Source: an uncultured Alphaproteobacteria bacterium (GTDB lineage Bacteria; Pseudomonadota; Alphaproteobacteria; Geminicoccales; Geminicoccaceae). Taken from it: 64,000 bases of DNA. The DNA is taken from positions 25 to 64,024 of the forward strand of contig CALKJU010000067.1 of the NCBI GenBank assembly GCA_937995535.1, read 5' to 3'. Below are positions 28,297 through 36,791 of the stretch, in pieces (position 1 is the stretch's first letter; every line of letters starts with the position of its first letter). Under the pieces are notes generated by a model. That model saw only the letters and a program-made list of their open reading frames with translations, did not search any database and had not been told where the DNA came from. The translations under genes and the position numbers were made by a program.

Positions 28297-29715
28297 ATGA
28301 CCGGGGTGAAGCGAAACCTCGCCCTCGCGGGCGTCGCCGCCGTGGCCCTCGCGGGGGGCGCGGCGCACGCCAAGGACATCGTGCTCAAGATGGCGGTGCC
28401 CGACTGGCCGCCGACCCGCATCATGCAGGATCTGGCGAACGAGAAGTACAAGGCGCCGTCGGGCAACAATGTCAAGCTCGAGGCCGACTTCATCCCCTGG
28501 CCGAACTACTACGAGCGTCTCGCCGCGTCGCTGACCTCGGGCGAGAAGAAGTATCAGATGGCCGTCTCCGACAGCCAGTGGCTGGGCGCCTTCGTCGAGG
28601 GCGGCTATTACATGAAGATCAACCAGTTCATCGACAACGATCCGGAGTGGCAGGAGATCTTCAACGATCTCCATCCGAACCTGGTTGCCGCCTACAGCAC
28701 CTATCCGCACAAGTCGGAGAACTACTACGGTTTTCCGCAGATGCCGGACGTGCTGATCGTCTATTACCGGAGTGACGTCTTCTGCCACGAGGACGAGCAG
28801 AAGGCGTACATGGAGAAGTATGGCAAGAAGCTGCCGTGCACCGGCGAGGAGATGGACGACGTCGACTGGGACCAGGTCCGCAGCTTCGGCGAGTTCTTCA
28901 TGCGCAAGAAGGGCGAGATGCTGGCCGGTGCGCCGGCCGACGACGACTTCTTCGGGATCGCCTATCAGGCGGGCAAGGCCTACGACTTCAACATCATGCA
29001 GGTGAATGCCTTCATCTGGCAGCATGGCGCCGACATCTGGGACGAGACCAAGGCGCCGCAGGGCCAGGCCGAGGGTGTCGTGAACTCGCCCGAGGCGGTC
29101 AAGGCCTTGGAGCACTATCTCTCGCTGCTGCAGTACATGCCGCCCGTCGTCAAGACCGGGACGATGGACATCTTCAAGCAGGACGAGCTGTTCCGCGAGG
29201 GCAAGATCGCCTACATGATCCAGTGGATCGGGTTCGGCGAGAGCACGATCAGCCCGGCGACTTCGAAGGTCCACGACAAGGTCGCCTTCGCCCAGCATCC
29301 CGGCCTGCGCGGCGCGGACGGCAAGATCATCCGCTGGGCCAACATCGGCGGGCAGCCGTTCGTGCTCACGACCTGGAACAGCGACGAGATCACCCAGGAG
29401 TCGCTCGCCTTCTGCAAGTGGTGGCTGTCGCCGGAGATCCAGACCGAGTTCGCCAAGCGTGGCGGGCAGAGCGGCCGGCGGAGCGTCTACGAGCGGCCCG
29501 ACTATGTCACCTTCCGGCCCTGGAACCGGACCTGGGCGCCGGCGCTCGACTGGCAGAAGGACGTCTGGCACGTGCCCGACTTCTTCGAGCTGCTGGTCCA
29601 GTCGCAGGAGGAGTACGACAAGGCCATCACCGGCCAGCAGGACGCCAAGACGACGATGGACAACATCGCCGCCTTCCAGCAGCGGCTGCTGACCGAGGCC
29701 GGCCTCATCGAGTGA
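28297..29715 (+). CDS. ABC transporter extracellular solute-binding protein (family 1, sugar type)
   Basis: 472 aa with signal peptide MTGVKRNLALAGVAAVALAGGAAHA. GGAGG lies upstream of ATG 28297. It sits between the ATPase and permease genes. Confidence 0.85.
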   Translation: MTGVKRNLALAGVAAVALAGGAAHAKDIVLKMAVPDWPPTRIMQDLANEKYKAPSGNNVKLEADFIPWPNYYERLAASLTSGEKKYQMAVSDSQWLGAFVEGGYYMKINQFIDNDPEWQEIFNDLHPNLVAAYSTYPHKSENYYGFPQMPDVLIVYYRSDVFCHEDEQKAYMEKYGKKLPCTGEEMDDVDWDQVRSFGEFFMRKKGEMLAGAPADDDFFGIAYQAGKAYDFNIMQVNAFIWQHGADIWDETKAPQGQAEGVVNSPEAVKALEHYLSLLQYMPPVVKTGTMDIFKQDELFREGKIAYMIQWIGFGESTISPATSKVHDKVAFAQHPGLRGADGKIIRWANIGGQPFVLTTWNSDEITQESLAFCKWWLSPEIQTEFAKRGGQSGRRSVYERPDYVTFRPWNRTWAPALDWQKDVWHVPDFFELLVQSQEEYDKAITGQQDAKTTMDNIAAFQQRLLTEAGLIE

Positions 29716-29810
29716 GTGACGGGCCGACCACCTTCTGAGCGGTGTGAGGCCGGGGCGCGCCCCGGCCTCATCTCCGTCCAAGACCAAGCCGACGCCTCAG
29801 CTTTCGCCGC

Positions 29811-30878
29811 ATGAGCACGCTCGTCAGCCCCGCCTTGCCGCAGGCGCCCCGTCCTGCGCCGCGTATCGCCCTGTGGATGGTGCTGGGCGCGATCCTCGGC
29901 GCGCTCGTCGTCATGGTCGGCGCGCTGTTCCTGTTGCCCCCGGCGGTCGGCTGGTGGGTGGCGTTGGCCGGCTGCGCCGGCGCCGCGATCCTCGCCGTGG
30001 CCTATGCCTGGGAGCGGCACAATTACGGACCGCTGCTCGTCGCGCCGGCCCTCGCGCTCCTCTTCCTGCTCAACATCTTCCCCTTGATGTGGTCGTTCGG
30101 GCTGAGCTTCTTCGCCTTCCGCGCCAACCGTCTGGCGCCGCCGCGGTTCGTCGGCCTCGAGAACTATGTCGGTGTGCTGAGCGATCCGGTGGTCTGGGAG
30201 CGGCTGCAGACGACCGCGCTCGCGGTCGTGCTGACGGTGAGCCTGCAGATGGTGGTGGGCTTCCTGCTGGCGCTGCTGTTCGAGAAGCAGTTCCCGGGGC
30301 GGCGCTATCTGCTGATCCTGGTACTGACGCCGATGATGCTCTCGTTCGTCGCGGTCGGCGCCTTCTTCCGCTACTACTACGAGCCGACATTCGGCCTGCT
30401 GAGCCAGTTCGTCCGCATCTTCACCGGCCAGCCCTTCATCCTGCTGGATACGCCGGCGGGCGCCATGGCCGGGATCATCTTCGCCGACGCCTGGATGTGG
30501 TCGCCCTTCGTCATGTTGCTGGTCCTGGCCGGTCTCGTCTCGGTGCCGAAATATCTCTACGAGGCGGCCGAGATCGACCGCGCCTCGTGGTGGCGACGAT
30601 TCCGGACGATCACCTTCCCCTATATCCGCGGCCTGCTGCTGCTCGCGCTCCTGTTCCGTACCATCGAGGCGTTCAAGCTGTTCGACGTCGTCTTCCTGCT
30701 GACCGAGGGTGGTCCAGGGACGTCGACGGAGACCATCGCCGTCTACGTTTATCGGCTGGCCTTCCAGTATTTTCGGACCAGCCAGAGCGCCGCGCTCGCC
30801 TACATCATCCTGTTCATCGTCATCGTCCTCACCAACCTCTACCTCTACTTCGTCAACCGGCGGGCGCGGGAGGCCTGA
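29811..30878 (+). CDS. ABC transporter permease (MalF/UgpA-like)
   Basis: Six or more TM segments and the EAA loop YEAAEIDRASWWRRFRTITFPYI. Confidence 0.9.
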   Translation: MSTLVSPALPQAPRPAPRIALWMVLGAILGALVVMVGALFLLPPAVGWWVALAGCAGAAILAVAYAWERHNYGPLLVAPALALLFLLNIFPLMWSFGLSFFAFRANRLAPPRFVGLENYVGVLSDPVVWERLQTTALAVVLTVSLQMVVGFLLALLFEKQFPGRRYLLILVLTPMMLSFVAVGAFFRYYYEPTFGLLSQFVRIFTGQPFILLDTPAGAMAGIIFADAWMWSPFVMLLVLAGLVSVPKYLYEAAEIDRASWWRRFRTITFPYIRGLLLLALLFRTIEAFKLFDVVFLLTEGGPGTSTETIAVYVYRLAFQYFRTSQSAALAYIILFIVIVLTNLYLYFVNRRAREA

Positions 30879-30879
30879 G

Positions 30880-31749
30880 ATGGCAGCGCAGCGCAGGCCG
30901 ATCGGCGAGGCGGGCTGGGGCCGGACCCTCGGCGCCGGCATCGTCGCGTTCGTCTATTTCTTCCCGGTGCTGTGGATCATCCTGACCGCGTTCAAGACCT
31001 ACAGCGACGCGCTGGCCATCCCCCCGGTCTGGCTGTTCACCCCGACGCTGGAGAACTTCGTCCAGGTCTTCAGCCGCTCCTACAGCGCCGGCGCGGAGGC
31101 GGTGGCCACCGGTTTCGACCGGTTCTTCTTCAACTCGATCTTCATCGCCGGCTCCAGCGTGCTGATCGCGCTGGTCGTGGGCACGCTCGCGGCCTACGGC
31201 TTCTCGCGCTTCCCGCTGCGCGGCAACGACACCTACCTGTTCATCATCCTGACCACGCGGATGATGCCGGCGATCGTCGTCATCATCCCGATCTTCCTGA
31301 TGTTCCAGATCACCGGGCTGGCCGGCACCTATCTCGGCATCATCCTGCTCTATGCCGTGTTCAACCTGCCGTTCACGATCTGGATGATGAAGAGCTTCTT
31401 CGACGAACTGTCGCCCGACGTCGAGGATGCGGCGCGGATGGACGGCAGCTCGGAAGTGCGCCTGTTCTTCAAGATCTGCCTGCCGCAGGTCGTGGCCGGG
31501 ATCGCCGCCACGGCGGTCTTCGGGCTGATCCTCACCTGGAACGAGTTCCTGTTCGCGCTCCTGCTCACCGGGGTCGAGACCCGGACCATCCCGGTCGCCA
31601 TGGCGCAGACCATCGGCGGCGACATCGGCGTGCGCTGGGGCCTGCTCGCGGCGATCGAGACGCTGTTCCTGATCCCGGTCATCGTCGTCGTCTTCGTGCT
31701 GCAGAACCATCTGCTGCGCGGCGTCACCTTCGGCACCATCAAGCGCTGA
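30880..31749 (+). CDS. ABC transporter permease (MalG/UgpE-like)
   Basis: EAA loop EDAARMDGSSEVRLFFKICLP. ATG 30880 lies 1 nt after the upstream stop. Confidence 0.9.
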   Translation: MAAQRRPIGEAGWGRTLGAGIVAFVYFFPVLWIILTAFKTYSDALAIPPVWLFTPTLENFVQVFSRSYSAGAEAVATGFDRFFFNSIFIAGSSVLIALVVGTLAAYGFSRFPLRGNDTYLFIILTTRMMPAIVVIIPIFLMFQITGLAGTYLGIILLYAVFNLPFTIWMMKSFFDELSPDVEDAARMDGSSEVRLFFKICLPQVVAGIAATAVFGLILTWNEFLFALLLTGVETRTIPVAMAQTIGGDIGVRWGLLAAIETLFLIPVIVVVFVLQNHLLRGVTFGTIKR

Positions 31750-31761
31750 CCGGCCGGGCGC

Positions 31762-32850
31762 ATGTCGACCATTTCGCTCCGTCAGGTGACCAAGCGGTTC
31801 GACAAGCTCATCGCCGTCGACGCCGTCGACCTCGATGTCGGCGCCGGCGAGGTGGTCTGCCTGTTGGGGCCGTCGGGCTGCGGCAAGACCACCACGCTGC
31901 GCATGATCGCCGGCCTGGAGGCGGCCACCGCCGGCGATGTGCTGGTCGGTGGCGAGCGGGTCAACGAGCTCTCGCCGTCGCAGCGCAACATCGCGATGGT
32001 GTTCCAGTTCTACGCGCTCTATCCGAGCCTGACGGTGCGGGAGAACCTGGCCTTCCCGCTGGCCGCGGAGCGGATCGGACGCGACGAGATCACGCGGCGC
32101 GTGCAGGCTGTGGCGGCCACCCTCGAGCTGACCCACGTGCTGGACCGCATCCCGGGACGCCTCGCCGAGGGCGAGAAGCAGCGGGTCGCGGTCGGCCGGG
32201 CGATCATCCGCGATCCGAGCTGCTTCCTGTTCGACGAGCCGCTGTCGCGGCTCGACGTCGAGCTGCGCCAGCAGATGCGCGGCAAGATCAAGGAGGTGCT
32301 CAGCGGTCTGTCGAAGGCCACGGTGATCGTCACCCACGACCAGCTCGAGGCGCTGACCATGGCCGACCGCATCGCGGTGATGCGCGACGGGCGGATCGAG
32401 CAGGTGGCGACGCCGCACGAGATCTTCGCCAAGCCGGCCAACCTGTTCGTCGCGAGCTTCATTGGCACGCCGCAGATGAACCTGCTGCCGGCGGTGTGCC
32501 GTGGGATCGAGAACGGGCTGATCCGCTTCGGGGTCGACGCGCAGGAGGTGAGCCTGCCGATGGAGCCGGCGCTGGCTCGCCTCGCCGCCGGGGCCAAGGT
32601 GACCCTCGGGGTGCGGCCGCGGGCCTTCGACCTCGCCCGCGAGCCGAGCGCCGGCACGCTCAGCGCGGTCGCCGACCTGATCGAGCCGATGGGCGCGGAG
32701 ACGCTCGTGCACATGCTCGAGGGCGAGCGCGACATCCGCGTCGTCGTCGACCGGACGCGGCGGGTTCGCCCCGGTGAGCGGCTGCACATGCGGCCCAAGC
32801 CCGGCCAGATCCATGTGTTCGACGCGACGGGTGGGCGGGTCTCGGCATGA
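31762..32850 (+). CDS. ABC transporter ATP-binding protein (second MalK/UgpC-like subunit)
   Basis: Walker A GPSGCGKTT, signature-region LAEGEKQRVAVGRAI, Walker B FLFDEPLS. Confidence 0.9.
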   Translation: MSTISLRQVTKRFDKLIAVDAVDLDVGAGEVVCLLGPSGCGKTTTLRMIAGLEAATAGDVLVGGERVNELSPSQRNIAMVFQFYALYPSLTVRENLAFPLAAERIGRDEITRRVQAVAATLELTHVLDRIPGRLAEGEKQRVAVGRAIIRDPSCFLFDEPLSRLDVELRQQMRGKIKEVLSGLSKATVIVTHDQLEALTMADRIAVMRDGRIEQVATPHEIFAKPANLFVASFIGTPQMNLLPAVCRGIENGLIRFGVDAQEVSLPMEPALARLAAGAKVTLGVRPRAFDLAREPSAGTLSAVADLIEPMGAETLVHMLEGERDIRVVVDRTRRVRPGERLHMRPKPGQIHVFDATGGRVSA

Positions 32851-33164
32851 GCGACGACGACCGGGTCACGGGCGGCATGTCGGCGACGACCGCGCGGGCG
32901 ATCGAGAGCAGCATCATCACGCTGTGCATCGCCACGCTGGTGTTCATTTTCCAGCCGTTCAGCAAATGGTTGTCCGGACTGGGCATGGGGCTGGTCGTCT
33001 TCGCCGGCCTTGCGTTCAATCTCGTGCCTCTGTGCGAGCCGGGCCGCCCGGTGCGCGACCTGCTCCGCGTCGCTCTGATCATCGCCATCATCTTCGTCGT
33101 GGTGTTCGGCCTCGCCGTGACCTCCGCTTGGCTCTACGGCGAGTATCTCAAGGCCACGCGCTGA
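32847..33164 (+). CDS. small three-TM membrane protein translationally coupled to the ABC operon
   Basis: 105 aa. The ATG overlaps the stop of the ATPase gene (ATGA, 32847-32850). Hydrophobic spans IITLCIATLVFIF, GLGMGLVVFAGLAF and VALIIAIIFVVVFGLAV. Confidence 0.6.
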   Translation: MSDDDRVTGGMSATTARAIESSIITLCIATLVFIFQPFSKWLSGLGMGLVVFAGLAFNLVPLCEPGRPVRDLLRVALIIAIIFVVVFGLAVTSAWLYGEYLKATR

Positions 33165-33328
33165 GGAGCCGCGCGCGCACAAGCGGAGGTCACACCAGCG
33201 TTTGCTGTTGACCGCGCGCCGTTCTCGCCTACGCTTCGGAAAAGTGCCGCCAGTCGAGTTGGCGGTGATCGGCCCTCATCGGTGTTCTGCCGGGCGATAT
33301 CCCGTTCCGGCGTGACCAGGGGGTGGCG

Positions 33329-33610
33329 ATGACGAAGTATGATCCTTCCATCATAGGCCAATTCGCAGACGAGCTCTACGGCCGGGCGACGCTGATCGTC
33401 GTCCTGTGGACCGCGGGCTTCGGACTGCTCGGGCTCGTCGCGGGCTTCGCCTTCGGTGGTGCGATTGCTGTCTTGCTTGCGCTGGTCGGAGCGGGACTGG
33501 GCTTCGTCATCGGCCAGCAGCGTGTCTTCATGATGCGGCTATGGGCGCAACTGGCGCTTCTCATGGTCCAGGTCGAAACGAACACGCGGACACATCCCCC
33601 TTCCGGGTGA
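33329..33610 (+). CDS. small hypothetical membrane protein
   Basis: 93 aa with two Gly/Ala-rich TM spans (LIVVLWTAGFGLLGLVAGFAF, AIAVLLALVGAGLGFVIG). ATG 33329 follows AGGGGG. It is preceded by an unusually AT-richer 160-nt spacer. Confidence 0.45.
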   Translation: MTKYDPSIIGQFADELYGRATLIVVLWTAGFGLLGLVAGFAFGGAIAVLLALVGAGLGFVIGQQRVFMMRLWAQLALLMVQVETNTRTHPPSG

Positions 33611-33612
33611 GT

Positions 33613-33633
33613 GGCGCCGCCGTCGACGGCGCC
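33613..33633. terminator. GC-rich hairpin between convergent genes (possible bidirectional terminator)
   Basis: GGCGCCG-CCGTCGA-CGGCGCC: a 7-bp all-GC stem and 7-nt loop. It lies 3 nt after the stop at 33610 and 6 nt before the HD-GYP stop at 33639. There is no U-tract. Confidence 0.35.
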
Positions 33634-33638
33634 CGGCA

Positions 33639-34784
33639 TCAGGCCGCGGCGGGCTCGGCCGCTTGGTCGAGGATCAGCTCGCGGTAGCGGCGCAGGAAAT
33701 GGCCCTCGATGCCGCCGGCATGGCGGGTGGCCATGAGGTTGAAGGCCTCGACGTCGCTGATCGCCGCCTTGTAGGCGCGCGGCTCGGTCAGCGCCACGTG
33801 CATGTCGACGATGGTGCAGAGCAGGCTCGCCTCGTCGAGCTCGGCGGCGGTCAGGCCGTTCGGGTAGCCGCTGCCGTCGAGGCGCTCGTGGTGGCGCGCC
33901 GCGACCTCGTGCACGGTCGCCGGGAGCCCGCCGATGTCGCGGATCATCTTCTCACCGGTCACCGGATGCTGGCGAACGAGGTGCCACTCGTCAGCGGCGA
34001 GGCGCTGCGGCTTCTCGAGCAGGCTGCGCGGCAGCAGCGCCTTGCCGACGTCGTGCAGCAGGCCGGCCAGGGCCAGCGTGCGCAGATCGCCGGCGCCGAT
34101 GCCGAAGGCCTCGCCGAACAGGACCAGACCGGCGGCGACGCGCAGGGAGTGGGTGTAGGTCGGGTCGTGGTGGGCGCGGAGCAGATCGCGCATCCGGCGC
34201 AGCTCCGGCGAGCCGGCGAGGTCGCTGATCCCGGTCGCCGCCTCGACGAGCGCCGCCGGATCCGGCGGACGGCCGGCGCGCAGGCCGCGCACGGCGCGCT
34301 CGAGCGCGTCGCGGCCCTCGCCGATCGCCTTGCGCAGCGACGGGCTCACCGGCGCCGGCGGCGGAGCGCCGTCCATGGTCATGGTCAGGCGGATCGTCCG
34401 GGCGAGCCGGCGGATGTCATGGGGCAGGCCGAAGACGAGGTTGGTGACCCGGGTGAGTTCGGCGCTGCGCAGGCGCAGATCGTCGTAGCGGCCGCACAGC
34501 ACCACCGTTGCGCCGGTCCGACGCGCCGCTTCGAGCGCCGGGACGACGCTGGGACCGCCATCGGCGGCGACGGCCGGGTCGAGGAGGACGAGCCGCGGCT
34601 TGGTGGCGGCCAGGATCCGCAGCAGGTCCGCGCTGTCCGCCGTCCAGACGGTCCGCGGGTCGGCGAGATAGTCGCCGAGCGCCTCGGCCACCCTGGCCGG
34701 ATACCCTGTAGCGACGATGAGGGCGCGGCTGGGAATCGGGATCGATCCGGCTTGGGCGGCGGCGCCGCGGGTCCATCCGCCCAA
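33639..34784 (-). CDS. HD-GYP domain c-di-GMP phosphodiesterase-type protein with degenerate N-terminal receiver-like domain
   Basis: HDVGK and HHERLDGSGYPNGL motifs. The N-terminal about 120 aa is REC-like (RLVLLDPAV) but lacks the N-terminal acidic pair (ALIVATGYP instead of ..DD.P). Confidence 0.85.
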   Translation of the reverse strand: MGGWTRGAAAQAGSIPIPSRALIVATGYPARVAEALGDYLADPRTVWTADSADLLRILAATKPRLVLLDPAVAADGGPSVVPALEAARRTGATVVLCGRYDDLRLRSAELTRVTNLVFGLPHDIRRLARTIRLTMTMDGAPPPAPVSPSLRKAIGEGRDALERAVRGLRAGRPPDPAALVEAATGISDLAGSPELRRMRDLLRAHHDPTYTHSLRVAAGLVLFGEAFGIGAGDLRTLALAGLLHDVGKALLPRSLLEKPQRLAADEWHLVRQHPVTGEKMIRDIGGLPATVHEVAARHHERLDGSGYPNGLTAAELDEASLLCTIVDMHVALTEPRAYKAAISDVEAFNLMATRHAGGIEGHFLRRYRELILDQAAEPAAA

Positions 34785-34829
34785 GCCTTAGCCGCGCGAC
34801 CCCTAAGGCGACGTGAACGCCGCGCCGCC

Positions 34830-35474
34830 TCAGATCGTCGCACGCAGGCGCTGCAGCAGCGCCGGGCTGATATTGCCGGTCACGTCCATGCCCTGCGCGC
34901 GCTCGAAGGCGATCACCGCGTTGCGCGTCTGCGGCCCGTAGCGACCGTCGAGCGGGCCGTTGTAATAGCCGAGGCCGCGCAGCAGGCGTTGCGCCGCGAG
35001 GACGTCGTCCCCGGACGCGGTCGTGGCCGGGGTCGCGCCGCCGGTGCGCTGCCGCTTCCACTCCTCGTAGAGCCGCTGCTCCTCGATCTCGCGCCGCGTC
35101 TGCTCCGCCTGGAGGGTCGACTGCCGCTCGAAGTCCAGGCGCCGCTGGTACTCGGCGTCCTGCTCCGCGGAACGTCGCGCCACGGTCTGGTCGCGGCGCG
35201 GCTGGTCGACATAGCGGTCGCCGAGAAAGCCGCCCAGCGCCGCCGCGCCGAGGATCGCCGCGGTCTGCGCGACGGGGCCGCGGTTGCGCGTGGCGACACC
35301 GGCGAGCGTCCCGGCGCCGGCCGCTCCGGCCAGCGCTCCGCCGCCGAAGCCCGTGCCGGCGATGCCGCCGTCGCCGGCGTCGGTGGCGCAGCCGCCGATC
35401 GCCAGCGTGCCGACCAGAAGGCCCGCCAGAGCGAGCCGCCGTGGTGTCGAAGGCAAGCGCGAAGTCATCGCCAT
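34830..35474 (-). CDS. lipoprotein with Gly-rich segment, charged coiled coil and C-terminal peptidoglycan-binding (PG_binding_1) domain
   Basis: Lipobox LAIGGC; Gly-rich GIAGTGFGGGALAGAAGAG; EQDAEYQRRLDFERQSTLQAEQTRREIEEQRLYEEWKRQ. The C-terminus AAQRLLRGLGYYNGPLDGRYGPQTRNAVIAFERAQG is a classical PG-binding repeat. Confidence 0.8.
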   Translation of the reverse strand: MAMTSRLPSTPRRLALAGLLVGTLAIGGCATDAGDGGIAGTGFGGGALAGAAGAGTLAGVATRNRGPVAQTAAILGAAALGGFLGDRYVDQPRRDQTVARRSAEQDAEYQRRLDFERQSTLQAEQTRREIEEQRLYEEWKRQRTGGATPATTASGDDVLAAQRLLRGLGYYNGPLDGRYGPQTRNAVIAFERAQGMDVTGNISPALLQRLRATI

Positions 35475-35478
35475 CTCC

Positions 35479-35874
35479 TCACATGCCCGGGCGAAACGCC
35501 CGCATCTCCTCGAAGGTCAGGACGCCGTCGCCGTTCGTGTCCATGGCTTCGAAATCGGCCGTGCGCTTGGCCTGGACCTCGGCGAGGCTGAGCGTGCCGC
35601 TGCCGTCCGTGTCCATCGCCTCGAACAGGCCCGGCTCGTGCGCCGCCAGCTCGGCGGGGCTCAACTGGCCGTCCCCGTCCTTGTCCAGCCGCACGAACGC
35701 CTTGACGATGTCGGCGGCGAACTCGGCCTCGTCGATGACGCCGTCGCCGTTGGTGTCGGCCGCGGCGAACGCTTCGCGCAGCGTGGCCTCGTCCATCTCG
35801 GCGGCCGCGGTGGTGGCGGCGAGGACGAGCTGGCCGGCGAGCACGGCCGCGGTCGCGGTGATGACGGCGCGCAT
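35479..35874 (-). CDS. secreted four-EF-hand calcium-binding protein
   Basis: Signal peptide MRAVITATAAVLAGQLVLAATTAAA. Four canonical 12-residue loops: DTNGDGVIDEAE, DKDGDGQLSPAE, DTDGSGTLSLAE and DTNGDGVLTFEE. Its stop lies 4 nt before the lipoprotein start. Confidence 0.85.
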   Translation of the reverse strand: MRAVITATAAVLAGQLVLAATTAAAEMDEATLREAFAAADTNGDGVIDEAEFAADIVKAFVRLDKDGDGQLSPAELAAHEPGLFEAMDTDGSGTLSLAEVQAKRTADFEAMDTNGDGVLTFEEMRAFRPGM

Positions 35875-35960
35875 GGATCCCCCTCGGTGTTGGCCTCCGC
35901 CCCTCTACCTAGTCCAGCGGTATCGGCGCGCAATCGCGATCGGTGGGCGGTCCGCGCCGC

Positions 35961-36758
35961 TCAGCGCACCCCGATACGACCGATGCCCGGCAGCTTGACC
36001 GCGAGGTCGAGCGGATCGACGCCGAACACGAGCCCCAGCAGGTTGACCTCCAGGCCCTCGTCGCGGGCGACGATCAGGCCGAGCAGGCCGGCGAGCGAGA
36101 GCTGGATGCCGGTGCCGCTCGGCGCCAGCGCGGCGATCTGCCCGCCCGGCAGGAAGTCCTTGCCGATCGCCGTCGGCGGCAGCTCGACCCGCAGCTCCGG
36201 CACGCTGCGCACGAGATAGCCGACGAAGCTGTTGGAGTTCGGCCCGGGCCAGGTGAGGTAGCTCGCGGGATGGGGATAGGCCGCGATGGCCGCCTCGATC
36301 TTCGGGATCGCCGCCGCGGCCACCGGCCCGCGCAGATCGAGCAGGAGTTCCGGCTCGTTGCCGGCCCAGCGGCCGTCGACCGGGCGCATGTCGCGCCGGA
36401 CCGCCGAGCCGCCGCGCCACACCCCCCACGCCACCACCTCGTAGCGTGCATAGCCGGCCGCTCCGGCCGGCTTGAAGGCGATCCAGCTGTGCACCGCCAG
36501 CGCACCCTTCCAGCCCCAGGTGCGCGCCGCGTAGATCTGCACGACGGCGTCGGGATGGCTGGCGGGATCGGGGGCCAGCCCGGTCGCGTCCCAGCGGCTC
36601 TGGCTCCAGTGGGGCCGACCCTGGGCCAGCACCACGCCGGCCGACCACAGGATCGGGGCGAGCAGGACGAGGGCGATCAGCGCGGCGGCGTGAATCGATG
36701 GTCTCCCGGAAACGGACGGCCAACCGCGAGCCTTGCCACGCCCGGCCGCCGTCGGCAA
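35961..36758 (-). CDS. membrane-anchored DUF3750-like protein
   Basis: N-terminal TM (AALIALVLLAPILW), then a conserved-looking core IYAARTWGWKGALAVHSWIAFKPAGAAGYARYEVVAWGVWRGG..WPGPNSNSF. The family name is recalled from memory, not verified. Confidence 0.6.
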   Translation of the reverse strand: MPTAAGRGKARGWPSVSGRPSIHAAALIALVLLAPILWSAGVVLAQGRPHWSQSRWDATGLAPDPASHPDAVVQIYAARTWGWKGALAVHSWIAFKPAGAAGYARYEVVAWGVWRGGSAVRRDMRPVDGRWAGNEPELLLDLRGPVAAAAIPKIEAAIAAYPHPASYLTWPGPNSNSFVGYLVRSVPELRVELPPTAIGKDFLPGGQIAALAPSGTGIQLSLAGLLGLIVARDEGLEVNLLGLVFGVDPLDLAVKLPGIGRIGVR

Positions 36759-36791
36759 TAAGCCGCCACCCGAGCGCGAAAGAAGAACGGC

